The translations under genes and the position numbers were made by a program. DNA of 64,000 nucleotides. Origin: a virus. Below the pieces are notes generated by a model, which saw only the letters and a program-made list of their open reading frames with translations, ran no database searches and had not been told where the DNA came from. Where the stretch lies: IMG/VR virus record IMGVR_UViG_3300042450_000799, positions 1-64,000 of that record. One strand, given 5' to 3'. Each line of letters opens with the position of its first letter. The stretch's first letter is position 1. Of this stretch, positions 30,370-39,230 are shown piece by piece.

Positions 30370-32229
30370 TTATTTTATTTCACATCCGTCAGCCCCACAC
30401 GCAATTTCACCACTTAGGTCTGTTTCATCAGAATATTCAATAACTTTAGTCAAATCAATCGAATGTATTTTAGTTACCATAGCCTCAAATTCTTCTTTAG
30501 TACAATCGGTAAAAGGTGCTTGAATATATGATCCTCCGTCGTGGGGTAAAACTGATAGACCATTATAAAAATCTTTGTTATTCCACATCCATTCTCCCGC
30601 TAAATCCCAATCCTCAGGTTTTAAACTGATTGTGGCAGACACGTTATGTAAATTAGAACCACCTCTATGTCCGGGTCTAACCCACTCTTGAGTTACTCTT
30701 TTAACTCTCTCCAATAATTGGAATGGACTTTCCGTTCTCAATATTGCCCCTTCGGGTGCCTTTTGTGGTACCGAAATAACTGCGGTATCGTGAGGTCTAA
30801 AGAATTCATCCTCAACTAGTTCTGGATGATTTTGACTTAAATATTGATAGATAGATTCATTTTTTCCAACACGAATTCGTCTAATATAATAATCGTTATG
30901 CCAAGCGTGGATTCCTGAAGATGTTCCCAAAGTTAATGATGTTGTTCCCGCAGGTTTTACCGTAGTTGTTCTTGCAGATTTATTAATCCCAATTAATTTA
31001 GCAACTCTTTCATTTTCTTCTTTAACAATCTTAGCCGATTCTTTCATATTATATCCCAACACAACACCTGAACCAATCCCAGTCATAGAGACCCCAATCA
31101 GGGCATCTTTTTCAGTAGTTCTTTTCCAAACATCTCTTAAATAGTGGAAGTTAGTGTAACCTGCTTGTAATGTTCCAATGAATGAAGCTGCTCTAACACG
31201 ATTATTTAAATCTTCTTGAGATTCAATATCAGAAACATTTACCTCACATAAGTTACAAAATTGATTTGGTCTCAATGCGATTTCACAACACGGATTCGTT
31301 CCCCAATCTTTATCATTTGAAAAATAAATTCCTGGTTCACCTGCTCCTGAAGCTTCAATACGTTTCCATAAATCCATGAAGAAGTCTTGAGTAATTTTAT
31401 GTCTCAATAATACTGCCGAATTGTTAGCTCTACCTCTTTGTGGATTTGTTTCCCACCAACTACCTGATTTACAAGAAATCATTTCTTGGTCATCAGCACT
31501 GAATAATGAAATTAATGCTGCTCGTCTAATTCCACCCGCAAGAACCGCATCGGCAATATGACAAACCATATCATGAACCTCTATTGGTGTCAATCTATCC
31601 CCATCTTCTTTTGATTCCAAAAGACCTTTCAATTTATGTAAACAATCTTTAAGTGGTTGTGGACCCGGAGCTTTTCCCCCAGAGGTTACAAGTTGAGCAC
31701 CTTTATGTCTTATGTCAGAGAAATCAAAATCGGGTGTTGATATTTGTTCACCAAAATAAGATTTAAATAACACTTTAATCGCGTCAGCCCACCCTTCAAT
31801 TGAGTCACTAATTAGATATCTTCTTTTTCTAGTTTCACTCGGTTTTCTAATCTCAGGTAGTTTTTCTACGTGATGTTTCTGTACTGAATATCCAACACCC
31901 GTTCCACCTAATAACAAGAACATTGATTCAGAAAACGCCTCCAAGGAATCAATTGGCAAATATGCACAATTATAGATCCTGTTTGGAGAAATTTCAATTG
32001 GTTTTCCACCAAATTGCATTGACCTCATTGAGGGTAATACTTTTTTATCATACACATATTTGTACACCTCTTTAATCTCACTCTCAAGTGATGGGTATTT
32101 TTTAATGTGCATATTAATGTTTCGGGTTACTAACTCTTCCCAAGTTTCACGTCTATTTAATTCAGGTACAAATTTTGCGTACTTCATATAGACAGTTAAG
32201 TCCGATAAAATCTTTTGTGATGCGTCCAT
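30370..32229 (-). CDS. nrdJ: Class II (adenosylcobalamin-dependent, monomeric RTPR-type) ribonucleotide reductase
   Basis: RETWEE, NCAY, GTGVG, GGIRRAALI, TNPCCEI active-site loop, TTVKPAGT, C-terminal CGADGCE redox pair; no beta subunit gene nearby. Confidence 0.9.
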   Translation of the reverse strand: MDASQKILSDLTVYMKYAKFVPELNRRETWEELVTRNINMHIKKYPSLESEIKEVYKYVYDKKVLPSMRSMQFGGKPIEISPNRIYNCAYLPIDSLEAFSESMFLLLGGTGVGYSVQKHHVEKLPEIRKPSETRKRRYLISDSIEGWADAIKVLFKSYFGEQISTPDFDFSDIRHKGAQLVTSGGKAPGPQPLKDCLHKLKGLLESKEDGDRLTPIEVHDMVCHIADAVLAGGIRRAALISLFSADDQEMISCKSGSWWETNPQRGRANNSAVLLRHKITQDFFMDLWKRIEASGAGEPGIYFSNDKDWGTNPCCEIALRPNQFCNLCEVNVSDIESQEDLNNRVRAASFIGTLQAGYTNFHYLRDVWKRTTEKDALIGVSMTGIGSGVVLGYNMKESAKIVKEENERVAKLIGINKSARTTTVKPAGTTSLTLGTSSGIHAWHNDYYIRRIRVGKNESIYQYLSQNHPELVEDEFFRPHDTAVISVPQKAPEGAILRTESPFQLLERVKRVTQEWVRPGHRGGSNLHNVSATISLKPEDWDLAGEWMWNNKDFYNGLSVLPHDGGSYIQAPFTDCTKEEFEAMVTKIHSIDLTKVIEYSDETDLSGEIACGADGCEIK

Positions 32230-32251
32230 AATTTTTCTTTTGTTTTATTTA

Positions 32252-33628
32252 TTATTGTTTTTCTCTTTCTTTTCGTTTGTCAATCAAATCTTTGATTCGT
32301 TGTCGATTTCTTTCTTCTGTTTGTTCTTCAAGACCTAAAAATGTAACTGATGACTCTGTATCAATCTCTAACATACCATTATCAAATTTACAATTTTCAA
32401 ATACAACACCATCATCCCCAATTCTTGATTTAGTTATCGCAATGGTTGCCAATTTCATTTCTTTTTGAGTTAATGACTTAGCAATTGAAATGATGACGTG
32501 ACCAACTTGAGCTTTTTTAATTGAACCCCCCATTTGATCTGTTGTTACAACATCTGATGAGATTGAACTTCTATTTCCTTGTGTTGCCGTCCATCCCACT
32601 AAATCCATCTCATGACACATCGCCTCAAATGCTCTCATTACAGATCCTTCAGATTTCCATTCATCACCAAGATTTTTATTAGGTACCACACAATCAATAT
32701 AATCAAGTAACACCATGTCAATCTTGATACCATCTGCCATCATTTTTCTAATTTGACCTTTGATTTGTAACATAGTTACAGTGTCTGACGGTAATTTTTT
32801 AAGTATTAACTTATTCGGCATAGAGTCTTTGATCTCTTTAACTTTAGCCATTACCTCTTCTTTCTTCACAGTTAACTCATCTGGATGTACTTTCGTCCAT
32901 AATGTGATGTGTTTTCTCTGAATGATTTTAGGGTTATCCTCAAAAAATATTTGAAGAACATTATACCCTAAGTTAAATGCGTGGTTAGATATTTTAGTTA
33001 ACATCGTTGATTTTCCAACACCAGTTGGTGCTAATACAACTCCGATTTCACCTCTCGCCAACCCACCTTTTAAGAGACGATCAATACCTGGGATTCCCAT
33101 TGGTATTGGATGTCTATAATCTTCGTTTAAAACCTCATCCAAGTTGTTGAAAACGTCTTCCATACCATCTTCTCTTTCCCCTACTTGTAAGGCCTCTCTA
33201 ACCAAAGTTTCCAAAGTGTCATAGTTCTCAAACTCACCACCATCAATCACTTTTTGAGCCTTAGTAATCGCTTTCTGCAACTCTTGTTGTTTACAGAATT
33301 TCAACGCTTTTTCTTGAACAAATTCTTGTCCATCAGTTGGAGCGTCTTTAATTTTTGTTAGAGTATCTAATACAATTTTAGACGCTAACTCTTGTTGTAA
33401 TTCTGATTTGGTAATCTGATCTAAAGTATCAAACGTTGGAGTATGTTCATATTTCATATAATACTCCTTAACCATTTGGATAATTATTTTGAAATATTTA
33501 TTCTCAAAATAATTACTCTCAATCACATCAATAATTGATCTTGAGAAGTCTTTATCGATTATGATTTGATTTAATAATTGTATCTGAAAAGTACTCCCTA
33601 GATAATCGAAATTTTTGTTTGATGACAT
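32252..33628 (-). CDS. Replicative DNA helicase (DnaB / T4 gp41-like)
   Basis: APTGVGKS Walker A, LLDYID Walker B, ATQGNR, KSRIG. Confidence 0.92.
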   Translation of the reverse strand: MSSNKNFDYLGSTFQIQLLNQIIIDKDFSRSIIDVIESNYFENKYFKIIIQMVKEYYMKYEHTPTFDTLDQITKSELQQELASKIVLDTLTKIKDAPTDGQEFVQEKALKFCKQQELQKAITKAQKVIDGGEFENYDTLETLVREALQVGEREDGMEDVFNNLDEVLNEDYRHPIPMGIPGIDRLLKGGLARGEIGVVLAPTGVGKSTMLTKISNHAFNLGYNVLQIFFEDNPKIIQRKHITLWTKVHPDELTVKKEEVMAKVKEIKDSMPNKLILKKLPSDTVTMLQIKGQIRKMMADGIKIDMVLLDYIDCVVPNKNLGDEWKSEGSVMRAFEAMCHEMDLVGWTATQGNRSSISSDVVTTDQMGGSIKKAQVGHVIISIAKSLTQKEMKLATIAITKSRIGDDGVVFENCKFDNGMLEIDTESSVTFLGLEEQTEERNRQRIKDLIDKRKEREKQ

Positions 33629-33644
33629 ATAATTTTAGTATTGT

Positions 33645-34115
33645 TTAAGATAAGTATTCAACCTTTGTCGGAATTCCAAGATACTCATATGTTAAATTTT
33701 TCTCCGAAAAAATGTCAGTCAATTCCGAAAGTATACTTTTTATGTGCGGACGTATATCCACGGTGTATCTTATCTTTGGCGGGAAGATTTTCGCATCCAT
33801 CTGTCTATGACAAATTGTCATGTCCCCCTCCTTAATAAAAATGTTAAAATGTTCAGGCCCATCTGTATTTGAAGTTTCAATCATCATAGGATTCTGCTTA
33901 ATTTCATAAGAATTATCCAATAAATAACTTATCGACTTCATCTTTAAAACCCCCTCCAACGTTCCCTTCAAATCATAAAGATACTCATAAAATTCAAGCG
34001 AATTCTTAGCATCAGAATTATAATCCCTAACATTAAAAAATCTTTGGACAATAATATTGTCATTAACCATCATCAAAAATTCTAGTTTGGTTGTTTCTTG
34101 TTCTTTCATAATCAT
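33645..34115 (-). CDS. Hypothetical protein in the replication block
   Basis: 156-aa ORF packed between exonuclease and helicase. Confidence 0.7.
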   Translation of the reverse strand: MIMKEQETTKLEFLMMVNDNIIVQRFFNVRDYNSDAKNSLEFYEYLYDLKGTLEGVLKMKSISYLLDNSYEIKQNPMMIETSNTDGPEHFNIFIKEGDMTICHRQMDAKIFPPKIRYTVDIRPHIKSILSELTDIFSEKNLTYEYLGIPTKVEYLS

Positions 34116-34117
34116 TG

Positions 34118-35125
34118 TTATTTTTGTTTAAATTTTTCTTTTTCTTTTCTTGTTAATTTTAAAAATGGGGTCAAGAAACTTACCCAATTATTATCCCCCT
34201 TAGGTAGATATTTAAAAAGACCATCCTCCATCATCATCTTAATAATGTTCCTATGCCCCCTACCATCAGGGTCTAAAGATTCTTTGTAATATAATTCAAC
34301 GAGATCCCTACCTTCATCAGTAATAAGAGGGTTTGATAAATCAACCAATATTTTATTCGTTTCATAGAACTTTTCCCCGAAAATACCTTCTTTTGTTTTT
34401 CCACTTACCAGATTATTTAAGACAACACTCTTACTCTGTTCTTCTAATAATTTTTTACCTCTCAGTAAAATATCAGTGAAATTTATCTCCGAATCAAGTA
34501 TTTCAGGAAATAATTTAATTAAAGTTTTTCCACCTAACAAACTAATACCATCAATATTGTCCGAAGTATCACCCGCAAGAATTTTAAAGGTTTTAACATT
34601 ATAATGAGGGATTGAACAATCTTTAAACCCAATATTATCTCCGAATCTATAATGTGTTTTAGAATTAGGAGAATAGACACTCACAGATTTTGAAATAAGT
34701 TGAGTTAAGTCTTTATCACTCGAAAATATGGTTTTCTCCTCATCTAAAGATATTTGACAGTAATAAGCTATTAGATCATCCGCCTCTGAATTTTCAACCT
34801 CTAATTGTCGAATAAACATCTCCTCAAGATATTGTTTAACCCTAGATTTTTGTTTGTTAAATGAATCTGTCTTCACCTCACTATCAGGCGAAGATTTACG
34901 ATTCATCTTGTACTTGGGGTAAATTAATTTTCTTTGGGTTGAACTAGTATCACTATCCCAAAAAACCATAACTTTATTAAAATTAGTCTCTTCCAAAAAC
35001 TTACGAATCGTATTAAGAAAATGCCAAATTCCACCAACATGATCAACTCCGTTATAAAAATCTTTTACCCCATTAATTCCTATCTTCAATAGGTTGTTCC
35101 CGTCAATAACTAACGTTTTGGTCAT
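34118..35125 (-). CDS. 5'-3' exonuclease / flap endonuclease (T4 RNase H, PolI N-terminal domain-like)
   Basis: LVIDGNN, YKMNR, EADDLIA, SSDKDL.QL, GDTSDNI.G. Confidence 0.92.
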   Translation of the reverse strand: MTKTLVIDGNNLLKIGINGVKDFYNGVDHVGGIWHFLNTIRKFLEETNFNKVMVFWDSDTSSTQRKLIYPKYKMNRKSSPDSEVKTDSFNKQKSRVKQYLEEMFIRQLEVENSEADDLIAYYCQISLDEEKTIFSSDKDLTQLISKSVSVYSPNSKTHYRFGDNIGFKDCSIPHYNVKTFKILAGDTSDNIDGISLLGGKTLIKLFPEILDSEINFTDILLRGKKLLEEQSKSVVLNNLVSGKTKEGIFGEKFYETNKILVDLSNPLITDEGRDLVELYYKESLDPDGRGHRNIIKMMMEDGLFKYLPKGDNNWVSFLTPFLKLTRKEKEKFKQK

Positions 35126-35146
35126 TTGTGTTTTTTAGATTCGTTA

Positions 35147-35761
35147 CTATAAAATTTTGTTACTCTTTTTTAAATTGTCTTCAGCCCATAATGGTTGGAG
35201 ATTTGTATAATGACACAACCGATAAAGGTCGTCTTCTGTTTTTGCCGATGATAAGGGAATAATATGATCAATATGCCACTCAACCCTATTATCCCAACCC
35301 ATACCATCAATAAATTGACTTTCTAAATGTTCCTTTAAAAATTCTGGTGAACAACCAACAATATCAAAGGTTTTTTGTGATCTATATTTTAAATATCGGT
35401 TAACCGAATTTCTCATATCAGTTTTAAGTTTAAACATGATATCTTCTTTTTTTCTTTTTTTCTGGTAGTTGTTAAAATATTCTCGATTATCACGATACCA
35501 TTTTAATTTTCTTTCTTTTTCTGTTTCGTAATTAATAATATAATATTCTTCAAAGTATTTTTTATAATATTCTTGGTTTTCCTCATTCCATTTAGTGTTA
35601 TATTCTTTAATTTTTCCTTTGTTTTCTATCCTATATTTTTTAGAATCAATCGTTTGGCATTCTCGACAATAACTTCTAACACCACATTTAACTTTAGACA
35701 TCTTATTAAAGTCTGTCAGTTTTTTTTCAACACCACATTTAGTACAAACTTTTGTCTCCAT
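35147..35761 (-). mobile_element. HNH homing endonuclease
   Basis: CTKC..CREC Zn finger; WHIDHIIPL...CHYTNLQPLWAEDNLKKS HNH motif. Confidence 0.85.
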
Positions 35762-35903
35762 TTCTAATATACTCTTTTAATAGTTTATTAACAAGAGAAG
35801 ATAAGTTTATAGATTTATCCTTAAAGTATTGTGGTAACTCGGGATCAATAGACACCGCCAATTTTACTTTCTTTTTTTCTTCTTCAACCTTTCTTCTCCC
35901 CAT
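35739..35903 (-). CDS. Small ribbon-helix-helix DNA-binding protein (probable start MGRRK at 35903), overlapping the HNH start
   Basis: KVKLAVSIDPEL...SINLSSLVNKLLKEY RHH pattern; TATTTAT motif 5 nt upstream. Confidence 0.65.
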   Translation of the reverse strand: MGRRKVEEEKKKVKLAVSIDPELPQYFKDKSINLSSLVNKLLKEYIRNGDKSLY

Positions 35904-35952
35904 ATTAATAAATATCACCAAATAACTAAAAAGTATAATTATTTATATTTTA

Positions 35953-36936
35953 TTATTCGTCAATGTCGTCATCAGATTCCTCCAAAGAATAATTAGAACC
36001 TCCCAATTTTGTTTCCCAATAATCCGAATATTCTTTTTTATAGTTATCCAAAGATTCTTTTGTGTCAGTAATATACCCTTGTGGTACCGCAATGAGCTTA
36101 CCGTCTTTATATCCAAGACCATTAACGTGATTCTTTAATATCGATATCTTTGTTCTAATTGCGAACGACACCTTTCTACCGTTTTTAGTAGCGTCAATAT
36201 GACTAATACCAGCTTTCTTCTGATTACCAAATAAAAACACCAATGACGACGCTAACCATATTGCCGTTCCTCCTTTGGCACGAATTTCAGGTTGCCCAAA
36301 TGGATTGTCAGGTAACTCAACCCAAGGCTGATTTAATATCACTAAAGTGTTGTAATAAGGGTATTCTTCTTTTTTAGATTTTGATATTCTCGAATGAATA
36401 CCCATACCAATTTTATCGGCTAAAACTTTAGCGGTGTGCATGCCTCCACCCTTACCGTCGAATGTCATCTGACATGGTATGGATCCGATTGAATCCCAAA
36501 GAAATAATAAACTATGAGGGATGTCACCTTTCTCTTGAGCATCCAAAATATTATTAACGAATTCAGTCGCTTGTTCTACTGTGTCAAATGAATCATTAAA
36601 GATGAAATGTCCATCCCATTCCCCATCTTCATTTTTTTCAGCTTGCAATCCTAACTCAACTGAGTGTTCCCATGACCATTTTTTCTCCGTTATAATAAGA
36701 ACGGGTAAATGTCCCCTTCTTTGTGCGTCAGCCGCCGCCAATATCATCGCTGTTGTTTTAGATGTGTTAGAATGTCCTAAAAACATATTGATCCCCCCCA
36801 TTACGGGTCCTGGTAATCCTGTCGCTCCCATAAATGCTTCGCCACAATTATAAAAACTTTCTGGTTTATATTTTGTTTTAGTTGAGAATTTACCCTTGAT
36901 TGCATCCAAAGACACTTCTTTCTTTTTTATTGCCAT
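35953..36936 (-). CDS. RecA/UvsX-like recombinase
   Basis: GHSNTSKTT P-loop, LWDSIG Walker B, ILNQ, KGG.AI, KNHV; located near SSB. Confidence 0.85.
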   Translation of the reverse strand: MAIKKKEVSLDAIKGKFSTKTKYKPESFYNCGEAFMGATGLPGPVMGGINMFLGHSNTSKTTAMILAAADAQRRGHLPVLIITEKKWSWEHSVELGLQAEKNEDGEWDGHFIFNDSFDTVEQATEFVNNILDAQEKGDIPHSLLFLWDSIGSIPCQMTFDGKGGGMHTAKVLADKIGMGIHSRISKSKKEEYPYYNTLVILNQPWVELPDNPFGQPEIRAKGGTAIWLASSLVFLFGNQKKAGISHIDATKNGRKVSFAIRTKISILKNHVNGLGYKDGKLIAVPQGYITDTKESLDNYKKEYSDYWETKLGGSNYSLEESDDDIDE

Positions 36937-37009
36937 CTTTACCTTTTTTTTGTTTTTTTAATATCTTTCTACATGTCTTCCGTTAAGGAGATAGTATTTG
37001 ATTTTTTGG

Positions 37010-37231
37010 TCATATAATATTATACTTGTAAATGGTTTCCAACATTTCAAGTTTGTCTTTAGCGTTTGTCATTTTTTCAACATATTTATCCATTTCCTCT
37101 AAGTGTTGTGGATGTTCTCCAATACCAACAGAATTATTAAAATAGATTAGTAGTGTTGCTTCTGATTCCGCCATCTCTGACCTATATCTCAAGGTTAGAG
37201 CTTCATACATTTTTTCTGATATCTTATTCAT
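37010..37231 (-). CDS. Conserved small phage protein
   Basis: VGIGEHP motif seen in T4-like phage small proteins. Confidence 0.7.
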   Translation of the reverse strand: MNKISEKMYEALTLRYRSEMAESEATLLIYFNNSVGIGEHPQHLEEMDKYVEKMTNAKDKLEMLETIYKYNII

Positions 37232-37258
37232 ATATTATTTTTTAATGTTAAAGAATAA

Positions 37259-37285
37259 GAACTTGGCGGTTATATCGCCAAGTTC
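37259..37285 (-). terminator. Hairpin terminator after SSB
   Basis: GAACTTGGCG-N7-CGCCAAGTTC followed by TTATTCTTT on the minus strand. Confidence 0.7.
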
Positions 37286-37291
37286 AATAAG

Positions 37292-38155
37292 TTAAAATGG
37301 TAATTCTTCGTCAGGTTGGTCATTAGCTTGTGAATCATGAACTAATTGTGGTTCAGGAGTGCTACCCCCCATAGAAATTTCCGATGAATCAGAGTTTCCA
37401 TATGCGTACCCACCTTTTTCACTATCCCAACGTGGAGTTTCTCCTCGTGCGATTGCTTCAAGATACTCAGTTGGTTTCTTAGAATAAACATCTGACCAAT
37501 TAAGTTCATCGTTAATCCAAGATTTTGCTGTGTCAGCATCTTCATGAACAGTCCCAGCATCTTCATACATAACTGTCTGAATAACTGTGTAAACAGCTCC
37601 TTTAGGAGTTTTAGCTTTAGTTAATTCAAGGATAATGTCACGACCCGTTGTAGGATCTGTAATGTCACCTTTAGCTCTCCAAATAGGAATGATTTTGTCA
37701 AGGATTCCCTCGTTTTTGTAATTGTGTTTAAAACGCCAGAATTTAACACCATCCGATTCATTGTCACGATCAATTACTTTTACGATGTAAAACTTACGAG
37801 GTTTGTATTGTTTAGCAAGTTCTTTATCAGAATCTCTACCTGTTGCCATAAGTTCTTCAGCAACTTCACTCAAAGGTGAACGTTCGTTATCGTTTTTTCC
37901 TGGATCGAATAACTTCACCCATTTTCCGTCAATTTGGATCTCGTGGAACCATACTTCTTTAAAAGGCGAAGAACCATCTGTTGTTGGTAAGATTCTTAAT
38001 CTTTTTTGTCCTTGTTTCTCGTTATCCTTAAGGATTGCCGCGAAATACTTTTTCATTCGATCTTCTTGAGATACCTTAGAAGTGGAAGTATAACCACCTT
38101 GTTTTGATTGTTCGTACTGTGCTAGTACTGAGTCTAGGGAATTGTTTGTCGCCAT
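37292..38155 (-). CDS. Single-stranded DNA-binding protein (T4 gp32-like)
   Basis: LRILP...PF.E..FH, VIDRD...GVKFWRF, DITDP..GRD; acidic tail ending DEELPF. Confidence 0.85.
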   Translation of the reverse strand: MATNNSLDSVLAQYEQSKQGGYTSTSKVSQEDRMKKYFAAILKDNEKQGQKRLRILPTTDGSSPFKEVWFHEIQIDGKWVKLFDPGKNDNERSPLSEVAEELMATGRDSDKELAKQYKPRKFYIVKVIDRDNESDGVKFWRFKHNYKNEGILDKIIPIWRAKGDITDPTTGRDIILELTKAKTPKGAVYTVIQTVMYEDAGTVHEDADTAKSWINDELNWSDVYSKKPTEYLEAIARGETPRWDSEKGGYAYGNSDSSEISMGGSTPEPQLVHDSQANDQPDEELPF

Positions 38156-38181
38156 ATAAATTAAGTTTTAATTGTTTAAAA

Positions 38182-38210
38182 AGTATAAGTGTCAGCCGTT
38201 GGTTTGTCAA
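38182..38210 (-). promoter_or_regulatory. Near-consensus sigma70-type promoter TTGACA-N17-TATACT driving the SSB/replication block
   Basis: -35 at 38210-38205, -10 at 38187-38182, 17-nt spacer; directly downstream of a terminator. Confidence 0.8.
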
Positions 38211-38220
38211 ATAATTTTAA

Positions 38221-38252
38221 ATAAAAAACGGTCATTTAAGACCGTTTTTTAT
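38221..38252. terminator. Bidirectional-type intrinsic terminator
   Basis: ATAAAAAACGGTC-ATTTAA-GACCGTTTTTTAT. Confidence 0.8.
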
Positions 38253-38253
38253 T

Positions 38254-38943
38254 TTATTTTAATCTTGTAAAAGGATTAGTATCTTCATCATCGTTTCCGA
38301 AATCTTTAAAACTTTTTTTAATGTCTCCCGGGGAATATGCTTCAACATCATCTTGAGTTAAAATATACTCATTTTTTCCTGATTTTTCCATATCATCCTG
38401 TTTATCATCAAAGAAGTCGCTTAATTTTTGATTGAATGGGCCTGAATCTAAACTTCTTAATTCCAATTTTTCTTCAGGTGTTTTTACTCTATATTTATCA
38501 ACCTTAGTTTCAAGGTCGTTTAATTTAGCCATAATTGAGTCCATATCAGAAAGTTTACTTTCTAATCCTTCAAGGTGTTTAAACAAATTATTAAAATACT
38601 CTTCTTGTTTTTTCTCAACGTTTTGTTGTGACTTAACTAAGTCGGTTATCTCAAGTTCTTTTTTATCACTATCATCTTTCCCAATTTTTTCAACATCAGG
38701 GTCAGTTGTGATATCAACAGGTTCTGGTGGCATTCCTGCCTCAGGAGCTGGAGGTGGTGGTACTGCACCATCATCAGGTGGTAACATTGCTCCAGTATCA
38801 GGTGGTAACATTGCTCCAGCATCAGGTGGTGGTACTGCACCAGCATCAGGTGGTGGTGGTAATTCGGCTTCTTGTTCATTAATATAATTATTTATGTCCT
38901 TATACCTCATTATCTCATTTAATATTTTTACGTCCATTCTCAT
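38254..38943 (-). CDS. Acidic Pro-rich/coiled-coil protein, possibly an internal head protein
   Basis: N-terminal ILNE...YINEQE, PPPDAGA repeats, coiled-coil middle. Confidence 0.7.
   Translation of the reverse strand: MRMDVKILNEIMRYKDINNYINEQEAELPPPPDAGAVPPPDAGAMLPPDTGAMLPPDDGAVPPPPAPEAGMPPEPVDITTDPDVEKIGKDDSDKKELEITDLVKSQQNVEKKQEEYFNNLFKHLEGLESKLSDMDSIMAKLNDLETKVDKYRVKTPEEKLELRSLDSGPFNQKLSDFFDDKQDDMEKSGKNEYILTQDDVEAYSPGDIKKSFKDFGNDDEDTNPFTRLK
38752..38860 (-). repeat. 24-nt tandem repeat (about 4 copies) encoding (P/L)PPD(A/T/D)GA(V/M)
   Basis: Repeated atcaggtggt..... units on the plus strand. Confidence 0.85.
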
Positions 38944-38947
38944 CTTA

Positions 38948-39172
38948 CTATCCGTTTAATAATTGTTTAACCCCAGTGGTTGTCTCAACTTGGATTTTTT
39001 TATTTTTAGACATGGTATTGTCCACTCTTTCGATTAAACCATCTTTCATTCTGATTGTATAACAATCACCTGTGTCCAAATCACAAACTTGCTTATTACC
39101 GTCACCTAAATCTTTTTCAGTGTGTCGAGTATTTTTACCTAAGTAGTTGTCTAATATTAATTTTGTATTCAT
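38948..39172 (-). CDS. Hypothetical protein (VCDLDTGDCY motif)
   Basis: 74-aa ORF after TATTTAT motif; ends KQLLNG. Confidence 0.7.
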   Translation of the reverse strand: MNTKLILDNYLGKNTRHTEKDLGDGNKQVCDLDTGDCYTIRMKDGLIERVDNTMSKNKKIQVETTTGVKQLLNG

Positions 39173-39230
39173 AACTAATGTTTCTATATAAATATATCAA
39201 AAAAGATAAAATTTTATTTATAACTTACTT

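Noticed and set aside
36969-37013. 14-codon ORF ATGA-coupled between 37010..37231 and recA
   Set aside because: Too short, with no supporting features.
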